64,000 bases of DNA, from contig CAWDFP010000006.1 in NCBI GenBank assembly GCA_963801605.1, positions 1,152,001-1,216,000 of the forward strand, read 5' to 3'. The DNA is from an uncultured candidate division Zixibacteria bacterium. GTDB taxonomy: Bacteria > Zixibacteria > MSB-5A5 > UBA10806. The first letter of the stretch is position 1, and each line of letters opens with the position of its first letter. A program made the position numbers and the translations under genes. Of the stretch, positions 61,192 through 64,000 are shown in pieces. The notes under the pieces were generated by a model. That model was not told the DNA's origin, did not search any database, and saw only the letters and a list, made by a program, of their open reading frames with translations.

Positions 61192-62483
61192 ACTGGATAG
61201 ATCAGTACCAGCGCAAGAGAACTACTGCCGAAGAAGCGGTGAAATGTATAAAATCGGGTGATCGCGTCTTCATTCATCCCGGTTGCTGCACGCCTGAGTA
61301 TCTTATATCAGCGATGGTTGCCCGCAAGGATGAACTTGAAAATGTCGAGGTTTGCCATATCCTTACCGCCGGAAAGGCCGGCTATGCCGCTCCCGGTATG
61401 GAAAAACATTTCAGGCACCGTTCATTTTTTACAGGCGGTAACGTTCGCGAGGCTATCAACGCCGGCCGTGCCGATCAGATGCATATATTTCTTGGCGAGG
61501 TCGAGGATCTTTATCTATCCGGTCAATTGCCGATTGATATAGCTCTAATACAGGTCAGCCCGCCGGACGAGCATGGTTTTCTCTCCTATGGCGTGGGTGT
61601 GGAAGTTACGATGTCGGCGGCACAAGTTGCCAAGACCGTCATTGCGCAGGTCAATCCGCAAATGCCCAGAGTACACGGCGATTGCTTCATTCATATCAAC
61701 AAGATTACTCACATCGTCGAGCATGACGCTCCGTTGCTTGAGATGCCGCAAGGCACAATCGATGAAACCTCGCGGCGGATCGGAGAGCTTATTGCGGAGC
61801 GTATTGAGGACGGCTCTACGCTTCAAATGGGGATTGGCTCTATTCCCGACGCTTTTCTGGTGGCCCTTGAAGGCCGTCGCGATATGGGTATCCATTCAGA
61901 GATGTTTTCGGATGGAATCATTCCGTTAGTCGAATCGGGAGTTATAAATAATTCAAAAAAAACGCTTCATCCAGGGAAGATTGTCTCAGCATTTATCCTG
62001 GGTACCAAAAAGATTTTCGATTTCTGCCACGATAATCCGATTATCGAGCTGCACCCCTGTAAATATACGAATAACCCTTTTGTTATCTGTCAGAACGAAA
62101 AAATGGTATCTATAAACTCTGCCTTGGGAATCGACCTGACGGGTCAGATTTTCGCCGATTCATTGGGATTTAGCTTCTATTCCGGATTTGGCGGCCAGGT
62201 CGATTTCGTCCGAGGGGCAGCGAGGTCTAAAGGCGGTAAACCGTTTCTGGCGTTTCCAGCCACCGCAAAGGATGGCACCGTCAGCCGGGTTGTTCCTTTT
62301 ATCCCTCCGGGTACCGGTGTGACCACAACCCGGGCCGATGTGCATTGGGTGGTAACCGAATTCGGAGCGGTTAATCTTCATGGCAAAAGCGTCCGCGAAC
62401 GCATCATTGAACTCGTCAGCATTGCCGATCCCAAATTTCGCGATGAGCTTATGCGTTTTGCCCACGATAAAAAGTATATTTGA
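61188..62483 (+). CDS. Acetyl-CoA hydrolase/transferase family (4-hydroxybutyrate CoA-transferase-like)
   Basis: LQMGIGSIP, HSEMFSDG, SGFGGQVDFVRGA, VVTEFG. Confidence 0.9.
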   Translation: MNWIDQYQRKRTTAEEAVKCIKSGDRVFIHPGCCTPEYLISAMVARKDELENVEVCHILTAGKAGYAAPGMEKHFRHRSFFTGGNVREAINAGRADQMHIFLGEVEDLYLSGQLPIDIALIQVSPPDEHGFLSYGVGVEVTMSAAQVAKTVIAQVNPQMPRVHGDCFIHINKITHIVEHDAPLLEMPQGTIDETSRRIGELIAERIEDGSTLQMGIGSIPDAFLVALEGRRDMGIHSEMFSDGIIPLVESGVINNSKKTLHPGKIVSAFILGTKKIFDFCHDNPIIELHPCKYTNNPFVICQNEKMVSINSALGIDLTGQIFADSLGFSFYSGFGGQVDFVRGAARSKGGKPFLAFPATAKDGTVSRVVPFIPPGTGVTTTRADVHWVVTEFGAVNLHGKSVRERIIELVSIADPKFRDELMRFAHDKKYI

Positions 62484-62505
62484 TTGGACAATTATACAAA
62501 TGTCT

Positions 62506-62538
62506 GGCGTTAACTCCGCGTAGTTGACGCCTTTTTTT
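62506..62538 (+). terminator. Terminator of the ald operon
   Basis: ggcgttaact/agttgacgcc followed by T7. Confidence 0.85.
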
Positions 62539-62621
62539 ATATGGTACGCTATCGGTTCTCCAGGTCCGCCTGTCTCATTCAGCGCTTATCCATTTCTGCC
62601 GATAATATTATTGGAGGGATT

Positions 62622-62825
62622 ATGAATAAACGTCAACCTTTTGTGGAATTGGAATTATCGGGGGAGAAGCTTGATACCCTTGTTTATAGCTTAAGAGATA
62701 AATTATTGGGTGAATTCTGGGCGCACGTGCCCGATGGGGCTTACCGTAACGAAATTAAATCCCGCCTTGAACGGAATATAATGGCCGCTCTCGATTATGC
62801 TCCCGATGATATGGAGGCGACTTGA
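62622..62825 (+). CDS. Small hypothetical protein
   Basis: RBS ggaggg before ATG 62622; 67 aa. Confidence 0.55.
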   Translation: MNKRQPFVELELSGEKLDTLVYSLRDKLLGEFWAHVPDGAYRNEIKSRLERNIMAALDYAPDDMEAT

Positions 62826-62980
62826 GCTTAGACTACTTCCAGATAATATTTTTTCACGGTGCCGGGTTACTGAATTCGGCACTTTTTTTTGCGCCAATTT
62901 ACTTGTCCTTGCAGGGAGTCTTTTCGACTGACGATGCAATCCCATTTGACATTTGCCATGACATATTTTAATCTTACGGC

Positions 62981-63466
62981 ATGGATACAAAAGATACTTT
63001 GATTTCGGATTTTGCCAAGCTCTGGTTGGCGCATGACGGTCTCTGGTTCCAGGCGGTTGAAAACGCCTATGGTCTCGAAACCGCAATTAAGCTCGATACT
63101 GAGGCCTGGAGCAAGTTCTCTCCAATCGAGGCCAAGCGGATATTGGAACGGCTTGGAAAAGAGCCGGGGGGCGGCCTGGATCTTCTTGAGGAAGCCCTTG
63201 GCCAACGTCTCTATGCCTTTATTAATAAACAAAGGGTTGTCGAAAAAACCGATCATAAGATAGTGTTCGAGATGACCGCTTGCCGCGTTCAGGACGCTCG
63301 TCATCGCCGGGGACTGGAATCGTTTCCCTGCAAATCGGTTGGTATCGTTGAATATTCCACATTTGCGAAAACCATCGATCCCCGAATCGAAACCCGCTGC
63401 CTGCATTGCCCGCCTGATCCCTACAATGGCGAATACTGGTGCCGCTGGGAATTTGAGATAAAATAA
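62981..63466 (+). CDS. DUF6125-like protein
   Basis: WLAHDGLWFQAVE, CRVQ.AR...PCK...CPPD...WCRWEF. Confidence 0.7.
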   Translation: MDTKDTLISDFAKLWLAHDGLWFQAVENAYGLETAIKLDTEAWSKFSPIEAKRILERLGKEPGGGLDLLEEALGQRLYAFINKQRVVEKTDHKIVFEMTACRVQDARHRRGLESFPCKSVGIVEYSTFAKTIDPRIETRCLHCPPDPYNGEYWCRWEFEIK

Positions 63467-63707
63467 TATTTTTTGGCGACTCCCATTATAGGTTTCCCGC
63501 TCAATAAAGAATAAGATATAATCGTTGTAATGCAGGATAGAAAGTCTATTTTGGATGATTTCTGTTATTTGGATACTTCTTTTGCTCATAAAATATAGTC
63601 TCAAATTCTTCTTGACAGCATTCTCCATTCTTCTTTATATGCCCCAGATTTTGGAATTTACGGACCTCGAAATTTGATCGGGGAACCGTCTGAGTGTGGG
63701 AGGTAAA

Positions 63708-63890
63708 TTGGCTTACATCATTACCAACGATTGCATCATGTGCGATGCCTGCTTGCCGGAATGTCCGGAAAACGCGATCAGTGTCGGTGATCCGGTCTAT
63801 ATCATCAGTCCTTCTTTATGCACCGATTGCGGAGAGTGCGCCGAGGTCTGCCCAACCGAGGCCTGTGTCCCCATGGACGATGAGGAATAA
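63708..63890 (+). CDS. 2x[4Fe-4S] ferredoxin
   Basis: CIMCDACLPECP and CTDCGECAEVCP; RBS ggaggt before TTG 63708. Confidence 0.93.
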   Translation: MAYIITNDCIMCDACLPECPENAISVGDPVYIISPSLCTDCGECAEVCPTEACVPMDDEE

Positions 63891-63930
63891 CGTTCAGTAA
63901 AAAAAGTAGTATCTTAAATAGATTTATGTA

Positions 63931-63968
63931 AACCGGAGGAGCCGGATGACTCACTCCGGTTCTTATTT
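63931..63968 (+). terminator. Terminator after the ferredoxin gene
   Basis: aaccggag...ctccggtt followed by a T-rich tract. Confidence 0.6.
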
Positions 63969-64000
63969 GCTGGAAATATCCAGATATATTTTTTAGATTA

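Noticed and set aside
62867..63628. Long minus-strand ORF (253 aa) and other antisense ORFs such as 7554-8378, 10362-10964 and 23148-23780
   Set aside because: They overlap better-supported plus-strand genes and show no family motifs.

Overview
A gene-dense, mostly + strand bacterial chromosomal segment of roughly 45-50% GC by eye. T9SS/Por-type C-terminal sorting domains ending KKMTLLK, a PorV-like barrel and a cohesin/dockerin-type protein point to an FCB-group organism, most likely Zixibacteria-like (inference). 1-15 kb is a secreted/outer-membrane block: two tandem Asp-box propeller paralogues, then a cassette of mini-lipoprotein, TonB-dependent receptor with about 12 Ca-binding-like repeats, CTD cargo protein, PorV-like barrel and lipoprotein. 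15-47 kb is largely housekeeping: PfkB kinase, eukaryote-type citrate synthase, phasin-ubiB, an interrupted hrcA-grpE...dnaK-dnaJ-rsmE-hit cluster, an EF-G paralogue, yebC-ruvCAB-queA-ispDF-dedA-ddl and cysS. 47-64 kb holds an MFS transporter, a 2-oxoacid dehydrogenase operon with an embedded acyl-CoA thioesterase, VIT1, a cohesin-dockerin-CTD protein, ald plus a CoA-transferase, and a ferredoxin. Three things are not visible in the ORF track: (i) a UGA-readthrough SelW/Rdx selenoprotein (CxxU) at 23987-24208; (ii) two copies of a non-coding four-stem 'cloverleaf' element with covarying hairpins and an exchangeable central arm (18916-19033, 31238-31401); (iii) about ten single-base (+1) insertions that split genes, most likely sequencing errors. 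I saw no rRNA, tRNA, CRISPR array or transposase.
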